Made by a program: the position numbers and the translations under genes. 64,000 nt of DNA from Pristiophorus japonicus (Eukaryota), in NCBI RefSeq assembly GCF_044704955.1, contig NC_091987.1:69068001-69132000 (forward strand). The letters are read 5' to 3'. Under the pieces are notes generated by a model, which was not told the DNA's origin, made no database searches, and was given only the letters and a program-made list of their open reading frames with translations. Positions 35,183 through 48,536 of the stretch are shown piece after piece; the first letter of the stretch is position 1; each line of letters begins with the position of its first letter.

Positions 35183-38100
35183 TGTGTGTGTGTGTGGGGT
35201 GGGGGGGGAAGTGTGTGTGGGGTGGGGGGGAAGTGTGTGTGGGGTGGGGGGGGAAGTGTGTGTGGGGTGGGGGGGGGAAGTGTNNNNNNNNNNNNNNNNN
35301 NNNNNNNNNNNNNNNNNNNNNNNNNNNNNNNNNNNNNNNNNNNNNNNNNNNNNNNNNNNNNNNNNNNNNNNNNNNNNNNNNNNNNNNNNNNNNNNNNNNN
35401 NNNNNNNNNNNNNNNNNNNNNNNNNNNNNNNNNNNNNNNNNNNNNNNNNNNNNNNNNNNNNNNNNNNNNNNNNNNNNNNNNNNNNNNNNNNNNNNNNNNN
35501 NNNNNNNNNNNNNNNNNNNNNNNNNNNNNNNNNNNNNNNNNNNNNNNNNNNNNNNNNNNNNNNNNNNNNNNNNNNNNNNNNNNNNNNNNNNNNNNNNNNN
35601 NNNNNNNNNNNNNNNNNNNNNNNNNNNNNNNNNNNNNNNNNNNNNNNNNNNNNNNNNNNNNNNNNNNNNNNNNNNNNNNNNNNNNNNNNNNNNNNNNNNN
35701 NNNNNNNNNNNNNNNNNNNNNNNNNNNNNNNNNNNNNNNNNNNNNNNNNNNNNNNNNNNNNNNNNNNNNNNNNNNNNNNNNNNNNNNNNNNNNNNNNNNN
35801 NNNGNNNNNNNNNNNNNNNNNNNNNNNNNNNNNNNNNNNNNNNNNNNNNNNNNNNNNNNNNNNNNNNNNNNNNNNNNNNNNNNNNNNNNNNNNNNNNNNN
35901 NNNNNNNNNNNNNNNNNNNNNNNNNNNNNNNNNNNNNNNNNNNNNNNNNNNNNNNNNNNNNNNNNNNNNNNGTATGGGGGGGGGAGGTGTGTGTGTGTGT
36001 GTATGGGGGGGGGAGGTGTGTGTGTGTGGGTGGGGGAGGTGTGTGGGGGGGGAGGTGCGTGTGTGGGGGGGGGGAGGTGTGTGTGTGGGGGGGACGTGTG
36101 TGTGTGTGTGGGGGGGAGGTTTGTGTGTGTGTGTGGGGGGGAGGTTTGTGTGTGTGTGTGGGGGGGGGAGGTTTGTGTGTGTGTGTGGGGGGCGGGGGGA
36201 GGTTTGTGTGTGTGTGGGGGGTGGGGGGAGGTTAGTGTGTGTGTGTGNNNNNNNNNNNNNNNNNNNNNNNNNNNNNNNNNNNNNNNNNNNNNNNNNNNNN
36301 NNNNNNNNNNNNNNNNNNNNNNNNNNNNNNNNNNNNNNNNNNNNNNNNNNNNNNNNNNNNNNNNNNNNNNNNNNNNNNNNNNNNNNNNNNNNNNNNNNNN
36401 NNNNNGTTAGTGTGTGTGTGGTGGGGGGGAGATTAGTGTGTGTGTGGTGGGGTGGGAGATTAGTGTGTGTGTGGTGGGGTGGGAGGTTAGTGTGTGTGTG
36501 TGGGGGGAAGGTTAGTGTGTGTGTGTGGGGGGAGGTTAGTGTGTGTGTGGGGGGTGAGGTTAGTGTGTGTGTGGGGGGGGAGGTTAGTGTGTGTGTGGGG
36601 GGGGGGAGGTTAGTGTGTGTGTGGGGGGGGGGGAGGTTAGTGTGTGTGTGGGAGGGGGGGGGTTAGTGTATGTGTGTGTGTGTGGGGAGGGTTAGTGTGT
36701 GTGTGTGTGGGGGGGGTGTGTGTGTGTGGGGGGGGGGGTTTGTGTGTGTGTGGGGGGGGGGTTAGTGTGTGTGTGGGGGGGGGAGGTTAGTGTGTGTATG
36801 TGGGGGGGGTTAGTGTGTGTGTGTGTGTGTGTGTGGGGGGGGTTAGTGTGTGTGTGTGGGGGGGGGTTAGTGTGTGTGTGTGTGGATGGGGGGGGTTAGT
36901 GTGTGTATGTGGGGGNNNNNNNNNNNNNNNNNNNNNNNNNNNNNNNNNNNNNNNNNNNNNNNNNNNNNNNNNNNNNNNNNNNNNNNNNNNNNNNNNNNNN
37001 NNNNNNNNNNNNNNNNNNNNNNNNNNNNNNNNNNNNNNNNNNNNNNNNNNNNNNNNNNNNNNNNNNNNNNNNNNNNNNNNNNNNNNNNNNNNNNNNNNNN
37101 NNNNNNNNNNNNNNNGTGGGGTGGGAGGTTAGTGTGTGTGTGGGGGGGGAGGTTGGTGTGTGTGTGGGGGGGAGGTTAGTGTGTGTGTGTGTGGGGGGGG
37201 GGGGTTAGTGTGTNNNNNNNNNNNNNNNNNNNNNNNNNNNNNNNNNNNNNNNNNNNNNNNNNNNNNNNNNNNNNNNNNNNNNNNNNNNNNNNNNNNNNNN
37301 NNNNNNNNNNNNNNNNNNNNNNNNNNNNNNNNNNNNNNNNNNNNNNNNNNNNNNNNNNNNNNNNNNNNNNNNNNNGTGTGTGGGGGGAGGTTAGTGTGTG
37401 TGTGTGTGTGTGTGGGGGGAGGTAAGTGTGTGTGTGGGGGGGCTGTTAGTGTATGTGTGTGTGTGTTGGGGGGGGGGAGGTTAGTGTGTGTGGGGGCAGG
37501 TCAGTGTGTGTAGAGAGGGGCGGGTCAGTGTGTGGGGGGCCGGAGTGTTAGTGTGTGGGGGGGGTGGTGTTAGTGTGTGTGTGGGGGTGTGGTTAGTGTG
37601 TGTGTGGGGGGGGGGGGTTAGTGTGTGTGTGGGGGGGGGAGGTTAGTGTGTGTGTGGGGGGAGGTTAGTGTGTGTGTGGGGGGAGGTTAGTGTGTGTGTG
37701 GGGGGGGTGCGGGTCAGTGTGTGTAAGGGGGGCGGGTCAGTGTGTGTGGGGGGGAGGTTAGTGTGTGTGTGGGGGGACGTTAGTGTGTGTGGGGGGAGGT
37801 TAGTGTGTGTGTGTGGGGGGAGGTTAGTGTGTGTGTGGGGGGACGTTAGTGTGTGTGGGGGGAGGTTAGTGTGTGTGGGGGCAGGTTAGTGAGTGTGTGT
37901 GGGGGGAGGTTAGTGAGTGTGTGTGGGGGGAGGTTAGTGTGTGTGTGTGTGGGGGGAGGTTAGTGTGTGTGTGTGTGGGGGGAGGTTAGTGTGTGTGGGG
38001 GGGGGGAGGTTAGTGTGTGTGGGGGGGGGAGGTTAGTGTGTGTGGGGGGGGAAGTTAGTGTGTGTGGGGGGGGGGAGGTTAGTGTGTGTTGGGGGGGGAG

Positions 38101-40050
38101 GTTAGTGTGTGTGTGTGGGGGCAGGTTAGTGTGTGTGTGGGGGGGGCGGGTTAGTGTGTGTGTGGGGGGGCGGGTCAGTGTGTGTGGGGGGGAGGTTAGT
38201 GTGTGTGTGTGTGGGGGGAGGTTAGTGTGTGTGTGGGGGGGAGGTTAGTGTGTGTGTGTGGGGGCAGGTTAGTGTGTGTGGGGGGGGGGGGGCGGGTTAG
38301 TGTGTGTGTGGGGGGGGGCGGGGGGGAGGTTAGTGTGTGTGTGTGGGGGGAGGTTAGTGTGTATGTGTGGGGGGAGGTTAGTGTGTGTGTGTTGGGGGGG
38401 GGGAGGTTAGTGTGTGNNNNNNNNNNNNNNNNNNNNNNNNNNNNNNNNNNNNNNNNNNNNNNNNNNNNNNNNNNNNNNNNNNNNNNNNNNNNNNNNNNNN
38501 NNNNNNNNNNNNNNNNNNNNNNNNNNNNNNNNNNNNNNNNNNNNNNNNNNNNNNNNNNNNNNNNNNNNNNNNNNNGTGTGTGGGGGGAGGTTAGTGTGTG
38601 TGTGTGTGTGTGTGGGGGGAGGTTAGTGTGTGTGTGTGTGTGTGTGGGGGGCAGGTTAGTGTGTGTGTGGGGGGGAGGTTAGTGTGTGTGTGGGGGGGGA
38701 GGTTGGTGTGTGTGTGGGGGGAGGTAAGTGTGTGTGTGGGGGGGCTGTTAGTGTATGTGTGTGTGTGTTGGGGGGGGGGGAGGTTAGTGTGTGTGGGGGC
38801 AGGTCAGTGTGTGTAGAGAGGGGCGGGTCAGTGTGTGGGGGGGGCGGAGTGTTAGTGTGTGGGGGGGGTGGTGTTAGTGTGTGTGTGGGGGTGTGGTTAG
38901 TGTGTGTGTGGGGGGGGGGGTTAGTGTGTGTGTGGGGGGGGGAGGTTAGTGTGTGTGTGGGGGGAGGTTAGTGTGTGTGTGGGGGGGGGTGCGGGTCAGT
39001 GTGTGTAAGGGGGGCGGGTCAGTGTGTGTGGGGGGAGGTTAGTGTGTGTGTGGGGGGACGTTAGTGTGTGTGGGGGGAGGTTAGTGTGTGTGGGGGCAGG
39101 TTAGTGAGTGTGTGTGGGGGGAGGTTAGTGTGTGTGTGTGGGGGGAGGTTAGTGTGTGTGTGTGTGGGGGGGAGGTTAGTGTGTGTGTGTGTGGGGGGAG
39201 GTTAGTGTGTGTGGGGGGGGGGAGGTTAGTGTGTGTGGGGGGGGGGGAGGTTAGTGTGTGTTGGGGGGGGAGGTTAGTGTGTGTGTGTGGGGGCGGGTTA
39301 GTGTGTGTGTGGGGGGGGGCGGGTTAGTGTGTGTGTGGGGGGGGCGGGTCAGTGTGTGTGGGGGGGAGGTTAGTGTGTGTGTGTGTGGGGGGAGGTTAGT
39401 GTGTGTGTGGGGGGGAGGTTAGTGTGTGTGTGGGGGGGAGGTTAGTGTGTGTGTGTGGGGGCAGAGGTTAGTGTGTGTGGGGGGGGGGGGGGCGGGTTAG
39501 TGTGTGTGTGGGGGGGGGCGGGTCAGTGTGTGTGGGGGGGAGGTTAGTGTGTGTGTGTGGGGGGAGGTTAGTGTGTATGTGTGGGGGGAGGTTAGTGTGT
39601 GTGTGTTGGGGGGGGGAGGTTAGTGTGTGTGTGTGTGGGGGGGGGGGGAGGTTAGTGTGTGTGTGTGGGGGCAGGTTAGTGTGTGTGTGGGGGGGGCGGG
39701 TTAGTGTGTGTGTGGGGGGGGCGGGTCAGTGTGTGTGGGGGGAGGTTAGTGTGTGTATGGGGGGGAGGTTAGTGTGTGTGTGTGGGGGCAGGTTAGTGTG
39801 TGTGTGGGGGGGGGCGGGTTAGTGTGTGTGTGGGGGGGGCGGTTAGTGTGTGTGTGTGGGGGGAGGTTAGTGTGTATGTGTGGGGGGAGGTTAGTGTGTG
39901 TGTGTTGGGGGGGGGAGGTTAGTGTGTGTGTGTGTGGGGGGGGGAGGTTAGTGTGTGTGTGTGTGTGGGGGGAGGTTAGTGTGTGTGTGTGTGTGTGTGG
40001 AGGGGGGAGGTTAGTGTGTGTCGGGGGGGTGCGGGTCAGTGTGTGCGGGA
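35183..40050. repeat. G-rich minisatellite (GGGGGGAGGTTAGTGTGTGTGT)n with assembly gaps
   Basis: Directly visible; five N runs, so the true length is unknown. Confidence 0.97.
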
Positions 40051-40835
40051 GGGCTTGGTCCATATGGGTGGGCGGGGGTGGTAGGGGTGAGTCAGTTTAG
40101 CGCAGGACTGGTTCTCCCCTAAGGGCATGGGATTCTTCAGGGTTCCCATGGAAAAAGGGGTTTCGATAATACAGTGTTATAAAACCAGTCATGAGGCTAC
40201 TCGGGGAAATCTCACCATTTCCAATATAGCCAATTCTCCCCTATTTGTATTTGCTCATTCCATGCAGCATCATAATAAATCTGCATGTACCCTCTCTACT
40301 GCCACAACATCCTTCCAATAGTTTGGAGCTCAAAACTATACACAACTGTGGTCTTATTATGGTTTTGTATAGATTCACCATTAAATACTGATTTCTATAT
40401 ACCTGTAATATTGCCATAAACCCCAGAATTGCATGAACTTTTTTGTGGCCATATTCACTTGAGGTGCTGCTGTCTTGTGAACTTGAACCATAAATCCACA
40501 TCACTCAGCTTTCCCCAATTCAAAGTATATTTATTACTTTCCTTTACGAAAATGTACCACTTCACATTTGTTGACACTGAATTCCAGCTGCCACTATTGT
40601 GTCCATTGCACCATTTTTTCAGTATCTTATAGCTTCCTTTGGACCTCAGAATTATTTTCTATGATTCCTATTTTATTATTATCACTCCCTCCAAGTGATG
40701 TACACAAGTGAACAGAAGTGGTTGCAGAACTGAACCCTGTGGGGCATCATTACCCACTACCAACCCTTTGAAAACTGCTCTTAACTCTTACTCTCAGTTT
40801 CCTCCCTTCTAACCAATTGTTAATTCTTTTCCAGG

Positions 40836-40884
40836 ATGTCTTCACTGCACTGCCTTGTACTTTTCTCGCTGTTGATTTACAGTG
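40836..40884 (+). CDS. Leader exon of the B7-family (VTCN1/B7-H4- or HHLA2-like) gene
   Basis: Strong acceptor ttcttttccag|G at 40835, then ATG MSSLHCLVLFSLLIYS and phase-1 donor G|GTAAGT; in frame with the IgV exon at 43640. Confidence 0.75.
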
Positions 40885-41040
40885 GTAAGTTCTTTTCCTT
40901 CCTTTACTGGATTTAAAAAATAATTAATTTGAGCATTTAAAGCACATGAATAAACTTAAGATTAAATGCAAATATCAATGGGACTGATACTAGATACATA
41001 AATAATAAGAAATTTATTTTTCCCCTTGTTCAAACAAGTA

Positions 41041-41343
41041 CAGGTTGAACCCCCCCCTTATCCGGAACCATTCCTGGCCACAGGGTGGCGCATGCGCAGA
41101 ACTCCGACATGAACAAATTGAAGTCCTTCCTCGCTGCCGATTCCCGCAATCGCTGGCCTGACCCCGCGATCCACGCCCCCATGATCTCTCTGCTGCACTC
41201 CCAGCCCCAAGCCAGCCAGCCCCGATATCCCCTTGCTCAGTACCTGTACCATCCAATTTAGCGTGACCACCCCTCGTCCGGAAAAATCCCTTATCCAGAA
41301 CAGGCCAGGTCCCGAGGGTTCCGGATAAGGGAGGTTCAACCTG
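41041..41343. mobile_element. Tc1/mariner (Tigger/pogo-type) MITE
   Basis: TIRs CAGGTTGAACCCCCCCTTATCCGGAACC and GGTTCCGGATAAGGGAGGTTCAACCTG; TA on the left flank, TG on the right. Confidence 0.85.
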
Positions 41344-42424
41344 TGCCAATTCTTATTTTGTCCGTAATTGGGACTTGTTAACAAGAAGCCGAGTGTGGTA
41401 GATTTTAGAGGTCTGATTTCATACAATGTGATTTTTTTTTTAGTGGGATCAACAATCATGACTTATCGGTATTGATGAAACTTTAATTCTACTCGAGCAA
41501 AAAATTACTCACTTAACTGATACATTTGATGAAACGGTTGGTAATCCAACTGTGGCTTATGAATTTTATGTGAAAAGTTTGAGCAGAAGATTCAAAAAGC
41601 TCAAGAACAACTTTCCAAAGCCCAAGCCCATGAAAGCCAAACAAAACAAACCAGCAACTAACAAGTATAAGTTCAAATAGAACAAAGTGCCTGTGCTTCA
41701 TGGGCTGGATGCCATGTGTTGCAGAGCACGTGACTCATGGGCCATAGCTAGCACACTCTTGTTCAACGTTCTCAATAGTAAATGTGCGAGCAATGCTTGC
41801 ATCACAATAAATTGGATTTGGGAACAGGTGCATGAAAATATACTGATTTAATTTGCGAGAATTGGACATTTTGTTGGACAAAAAAAGTGTTACGAAGTTA
41901 GCAAAATGAGTATGGCGTCGTCAGTTAGGAACATGAAACAAAATGTATGACATTAAATACTGTGCACAAGTAAATGTGATACCAACCAGTGGGAGAAACT
42001 ATTACATATAATACACTTGTTTCCTTTCCTTATTCGCTGCCCTTAATAAGCCTCATATGCTTCCTGTTATTATGGTTATTGGTGCATTTAACTTAAGAAA
42101 GGTAGGGCAGAATTCAAAGATGACTTTATGGGTATGTTTTCCATGTTAAACCTGCCAGGAATAGGAACAAGGGCTGGGTGAGACCTGTCCTGTGAATTGT
42201 CTTACAAGTTAACTTTTGTGTCTTACTGAAAATCTCAATGTAAATACAGATGAAATATTGGGGTGTTACAACTCTCAAAACAACAAATGTAATAGTTACA
42301 CGGGATGATATTGCAAATTTACTGTTTGGCTCAGATTTTAAAAAAACATTCAGGTACTTATCAACAATTTACAAAAGCTGGGAACTTCCTCGAAGCTCAT
42401 CTTGCTCTCTTTCTGTAACTTAGA

Positions 42425-43452
42425 CATAGACATAGACATAGAAAATAGGTGCAGGAGTAGGCCTTCGAGCCTGCACCACCATTCAATGAGTTCATGGCTG
42501 AACATGCAACTTCAGTACTCCATTCCTGCTTTCTCACCATGCCCCTTGATCCCCCTAGTAGTAAGGACTTCATCTAACTCCTTTTTGAATATATTTAGTG
42601 AATTGGCCTCAACAACTTTCTGTGGTAGAGAATTCCACAGGTTCACCACTCTCTGGGTGAAGAAGTTTCTCCTCATCTCGGTCCTAAATGGCTTACCCCT
42701 TATCCTTAGACTGTGACCCCTGGTTCTGGACTTCCCCAACATTGGGAACATTCTTCCTGCATCTAACCTGTCTAAACCCATCAGAATTTTAAACGTTTCT
42801 ATGAGATCCCCTCTCATTCTTCTGAACTCCAGTGACTACAAGCCCAGTTGATCCAGTCTTTCTTGATATGTCTGTCCCGCCATCCCGGGAATCAGTCTGG
42901 TGAACCTTCGCTGCCCTCCATCAATAGCAAGAATGTCCTTCCACAAGTTAGGACACCAAAACTGTACACAATACTCCAGGTGTGGCCTCACCAAGACCCT
43001 GTACAACTGTAGTAACACCTCCCTGCCCCTGTACTCAAATCCCCTCGCTATGAAGGCCAACATGCCATTTGCTTTCTTAACCGCCTGCTGAACTTGCATG
43101 CCAACCTTCAATGACTGATGTACCATGACACCCAGGTCTCGTTGCACCTCCCCTTTTCCTAATCTGTCACCATTCAGATAATAGTCTGTCTCTCTGTTTT
43201 TACCACCAAAGTGGATAACCTCACATTTATCCACATTATATTTCATCTGCCGTGCATTTGCCCACTCACCTAACCTATCCAAGTCACTCTGCAGCCTCAT
43301 AGCATCCTCCTCGCAGCTCACACTGCCACCCAACTTAGTGTCATCTGCAAATTTGGAGATACTACATTTAATCCCCTCGTCTAAATCATTAATGTACAAT
43401 GTAAACAGCTGGGGCTCCAGCACAGAACCTTGCGGTACCCCACTAGTCACTG
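42425..43452 (-). mobile_element. 5'-truncated CR1 LINE
   Basis: Minus ORFs contain GVPQGSVL, FADDTK and RPHLEYCVQFW; (CATAGA)n tail. Confidence 0.93.
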
Positions 43453-43639
43453 TGAGGTGGAAACCAGCTCTGAGGAATTTCACGACCATAATCTACCCTT
43501 TTTATGGGTATAAAAATGTTCTTTTTGAAACATTTTTTAAATGATAGAAAAACTGATCTGGACAGAATATAATATATATTTATACAAGTATTTGTTGAAG
43601 GTTTTGTTTGTAACTACATTATTTCCATTCCTTATTCAG

Positions 43640-43981
43640 AGGAGTTGACTATTTCCTCTGATCAGGCCACTGATGCAGAAATTGGCAAACATGTCACCCT
43701 CAAGTGTACATTTGACAGCGTTGCCAACAGTAATCCTACGGTGGTCTGGGAGAAGGCAGGTGTGGACGGAACTGTGTACAAGTACAAGGAAAATAAGGAC
43801 GACCTCAGCAAACAGCATGTCAACTACACAGGAAGAACGGAACTCAATGGAAGCTCAATCCACAGTGGGGCTGCATCTCTTACACTGAAGAATGTTAATA
43901 TCTGGGATGAAGGAACTTACACATGCCGTATCAGCGCTAGCAATGGATTCGATGCAAAATCCGTGAATCTGTTTGTTTGGG
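43640..43981 (+). CDS. B7-family IgV exon (VTCN1/B7-H4-like)
   Basis: ttattcag|AG ... TGG G|gtatgt (phase 1-1). GKHVTLKCTF, WEKAGVDGTVYKYKENKDDLSKQHVNYTGRT and ASLTLKNV.IWDEGTYTC resemble the B7-H4 V domain (WLKEGVLGLVHEFKEGKDELSEQ...RGRT) and the B7/butyrophilin Q...YxGRT signature. Confidence 0.9.
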
Positions 43982-45439
43982 GTATGTCAACTGTCCTATT
44001 CTCTCTGCAATCAGGGTCAAGCACAGCTTGGTTTCATGTCTTTTATTATCACATACATTTCCAATGGCACCAGAGAAAAGAACAATTTTCATTTCATTTA
44101 CTTGTTAATAAAGTTTGTTTGTAGAAAGACAATAATAATGGCTCCTCACATGGAATGTTGAGTTATACAACATTGAAAATATACGCCATGAATTTCTATG
44201 GGTTTCTGATTTCCTGTGGAAAGATCAGCGATTATGCAATTTTTCCAGGGTATTCACTGAAGCTGCAGATGGAGATCGGGAGACCTCTGCTGAAATTCTA
44301 CCCCATAGTGTTTAGATCATGCAATTGTCAAACTTGACCCATGCAGAGGTAGGGATTAGAACAGTAACACAATTCTGTAATGCTGATGAAAATGTATCTC
44401 TCAGGAGAGAATGATCATCAGAAGCCCCAGAGAAATGGTGTAAATGGCAATTCTACTCCAAATGAAAAAATACTTGAAATAATTCTGAAGAGAGAAAAGA
44501 CAGAACAATGTTTTGGCCAGGGTGCTTCTCCAGATTTGGTAAATGAAAAATAAACAAGCATTTTAGTTGAACTGAATAAAGGGGAGGAGCAGACAAAAAC
44601 AAACAAATGGATACTTCAGCATAGAGAGGACCTCATTGGTTGCTGGCCTGTAATTTGCATAAAACAAACGCATATTGGTAGCTGATGTAAAATATCATCG
44701 TAGTCTGACAATAGACCAAAAAATAGAGATTAAAGAAACAAAGAATGTGAATAGCTAAGGCACCCAAGGAAGAAAGTGAGAAAATTGGAGAGAGTGACAA
44801 GACAGAAAGCATGTAGATCAGGTCTGAAATTAAACCAAACTGTTGTCATAAAAATCATGGGATTGTGGGGGGGGGGGGGGGGGCGGAGATTTACAACTTC
44901 TGCTCAGTGGCTGTTTTTTAATAAACTTAACCCCCCAAAAAATTCCTAGGCCTTTTGTGGAGCGGCCTCCTGCAGTCCTTTTAAGGATGGTTGGTTAGGC
45001 CAATCACCATCTGGTACGAATGGGCTGAGTGTGCGCAACACGCACGCCATCCACCTGTTCCTGAAAATTGTAAACTGAGCCTAACAAACAATGCATGAGC
45101 CTGATTCGCATATTGTAAGGGGCCTAACTCCTGTGCACTGTGCGCACATTTGCAGGCTAGCCTGAAAATTGAATCAGGGGGACTTGGTTTCGAATGGGTG
45201 GCCAAGGTGCCTACTCCCCATCAACTGCTAGCCACCCGTTCGTCAGGCAAGAAACCAGCAGGCGGAAGATGAAAATTGTCACCAATGAGTGTACCGACCC
45301 CCATTTTATCAAGCTAGAGATTATAGCAAAGCTGGCAGTATAGCTCAGATCTTCTAGCTTCGTGTTATTCCAAACTGACACCAGTCCACTGGTATAATTG
45401 GCGAAGATCATTCTATTGGGCCTTATTCATGCCTTATTG

Positions 45440-46252
45440 GGCCGTAAGTTGTGGCTTCTCCAGGTGCGTACGATGTGCGCACGCGCCCGAAGAGGCCTAG
45501 CACGTTCCAGATTTAGGCATGTGAAGCGCATGCACCCGAACCCGGCACTTGCGTTCTGTCAACATTTCTTTTGACAAATCTCGCACATCGCCAGGAAAAG
45601 GGCCATCACGGGCGGAAATTTGGGCTATTTACCCAACTCCTGCCCAGCGAATGTCGATAAAACTCTTACACTTGGTAAAAGTAGGCTTAAGGCCTGCTTT
45701 TATCAGTGTAAGAGTTTTAAAAGATAGAGTAATTACATTTTATCACTTAAAAAAAAATTAAAAACCCTGTCCATTAAGATAAGTTTATTTTTAACCCTAT
45801 TAAAACAGTAAAAAAAAAATTCAAAAAAAGAATTTTTTTTTCCAAAACATTTCATTTAATTCAATTTCAGTTAATTTTAAATATGCGAGGTTTTTTTTAT
45901 GTATGTATTTTGTTTGTGTTTTGGGGGGTATTCTCATAGTATTGGGAGCTCGTACAAACGTAACTCAACATTACTATCAATGAGAATACAGTACTACATT
46001 TTCATTGGTGGTCCAGGCCCATGTGATCCCAGGATACGCTGGGCTGCATATCTAGGCCTCGGACCGGAAGTGTTCGTTCCTCTGGGACCACCAGGTATTT
46101 TCGTAAATATCTTTTCGGTCGGAGGCATCCCTCCGCAGGAAGCCTCCGACTGCAATGTTTGGCCCAATATATTGAATGACTTGGGCACAGCACGGAGAGA
46201 AAGATGGAGCAGCGAGGATCACACACCTGTCAAGGCACCCAATTTTTGGTCT
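45440..46252. mobile_element. Non-autonomous Harbinger-like MITE
   Basis: Left end GGGCCGTAAGTTGTGG, A/T-rich centre as in the other MITEs; similar piece at ~56500-56870. Confidence 0.55.
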
Positions 46253-46802
46253 ATTTAAATTACTAGAAGGAAAATCAGAATGACTCCCTACGTGATTTTC
46301 TTATCTGCACTACGTCCAGGCGAATTTAATACCTCAGGCTCAGGAACAGGAAAATCTGCCCAATAGTGCTTTTAAAATCACTTAAAAAAAAAGTAACATT
46401 TTAAGGATTTATTCTAATTTACAAATGTCAAAAAAACCAATATGCTTATCAAAACTAATAAGCCCAAAACAGCAATATTTACAAAGAACTTGGTTTATCG
46501 GGACTAGGTTATCAATGCAATCATCTATATATGGAGGTTATTCAGAGATGGGATAGTTCAGGTACAAACTAGACACATTCCACTGAAGGGAAAAGGTCGA
46601 GCTTCCAAAGCTAATGTGCCTTGGATGACAAAGGAAATAAAATAGAAAAAGTAGGCTTATGACAATTTTCAGGAGCAAGATTCATTTAATAACCAGGAAG
46701 ATTATGGAAAGTACAGAAGGGAATTGAAAAAGTTAATACGGCAGATAGAGAGTCTATGAGAAAAGATTAGCAGGCAACATTAAATTGAACCCTAAAACGA
46801 TT

Positions 46803-48536
46803 TGGCCGCGATTTTGCCAATGGGTGCAAGTTGGGTGCGGGAGGCATTGGTGGTGTGTAGAGTACCCGCTCCCGGCTATAGCCCGCCCGCTAATAGCAAT
46901 CTTCCGTGGCTGGGGCTTGTTAAGTCCGCCCTGTGGGTATACCGGCCAATTAACTGGAAGCGGGTCTGATGATATCATCAGTTGGTTTCCTTAAAGGGAC
47001 CATTCCCAACTTTTGTTTGACCATTCTGTCAGTGTCTTGCAGCATTGAGCTGCTGCAAACACTGACAGACACTGCACAAAGGTGCATGGCTGTACCCAGG
47101 CTCTCCCATGACTCCCTCCAGATGCTTATGGAGGAAGTCACAGCACGCAGAGAGGTTCTCTTCCCTTCCAAAGGACGGAAGAGACCTCTTCAGGAGACCA
47201 ACGCAGCCTGGTTGCACATTGCACAGGAGGGCATAAGCAAGGATGTCGTCTGGAGGAGCTGGCTGCAGTAGCACAAACCTTTCAATGATCTCAGTAGATC
47301 TCGAAACGTTACTGCAAAGCCACACTCAACCTCATTCTGCTGTGCCACTCGTCACATCCCCATCACTTTGCAATCCCTACCCTACTCGTGCACATCCTTA
47401 CTCACAACAAACTTACCTTGCACCTCCACCAATCTCTCTCTATCTACAGTATCACTTCCCTATCTCACTAGCCATCCCTCACACTCACCTTGTCCAATCA
47501 TAACCTCTAACAGCACGCAAGGAAAGGCACTTCGGTTTCAGCCAATGTTCATGTTGAGAATCTGTTAATGTGTTGTCAAACATTGAAATCTTTATTTTGA
47601 ACACTTTGTGTTCTTGCACAGATTTGTGTGCATCTTTGGAAGTGCCTTCGTGAGTTGTTGTGAATGGTGAGACATAAAGGTATCCCCCACAATGGTGATG
47701 AGTGTGAAAGGAATGGGTTGGACATTGCAGGGATCCTTTATGGTGCTGGTGTGGGGTGGTGCCAACCTGGTGCATCATGTGGCAGCCAGGGTGCACAATG
47801 TCAAGTTAAGTAAATGTAACCATGGTGAGGCCATCTCTGGCCTCCCAGGCAACAATGTGGTTTAGTGCTGATGGTCTGGGTCCTGTGCAGCATCAGGTGA
47901 TTGCACAGTAGATTGATGGTGGTGTTGATGTTGGTGTTGGGGCTGATTGTGGTGTGATTCTGAGGACCAAGGTGAGCCTTTTTCCAGGGCACTGATGCTA
48001 CTGGAATAGATGGCAGCTGAGCTTGAAATAACAGAAGTGATCTCTCAATTATGAGAAAGTTGCTCCAAGGAGATGACAGTGAATAGAGAGTTCACTGCAA
48101 AGACTTCCAACTGCATATAGCTCAAAATTTCCTGCCAAATCCTGAAGGCATCAGCTTCTGACATTGGAAAGTGAACAGCTATGAAATGGTAGCTTTTATA
48201 CCACTTCTGTGGTTGTCAACTAGCCAAAGCAATGGAGAGTCACTGAGAACCCGACACACTTACCTGGTGAGTTCCTCGAGGGAGAGGAAACCCGACAAAA
48301 TTGTGGTAAAATTGTAACTGCCTGCTTTTAATCCTCTTAAATACCACTAAACTATCTGTTACGTACGTTAACGAACTGGCCTGGCGTTGGGTTTGCGATC
48401 GGCATGCAGACTCTCATGGAGGCGGGTTTAGAGCGGGATCCTGAACCGCTGTCAATCAGGGTCATTTTGACCTCAGCTGGCATCTATTCCAGTAGCCTCC
48501 AAACCTGCACACGCAGGGCTGGGAAGATTTCGGCCA
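46803..48536. mobile_element. Internally deleted Harbinger (Myb 5' exon +, transposase N-terminal remnant -)
   Basis: TIRs TGGCCGCGATTTTGCC and rc TGGCCGAAATCTTCCC; AVPRLSHDSLQMLMEEV..RREVLFP...AWLHIAQE; related to 57147-59611. Confidence 0.8.

Noticed and set aside
35183-40050. Interstitial telomere or CRISPR-like array
   Set aside because: No tandem TTAGGG and no unique spacers; eukaryotic minisatellite.
35163-40100. Gly/Val/Cys-rich ORFs
   Set aside because: Translations of the G-rich minisatellite and N gaps.
40835-40884. Hydrophobic exon as the TM exon of the VJ gene
   Set aside because: Splicing from 26820 reads another frame and hits TGA; it fits as an ATG-containing leader for the B7 gene.
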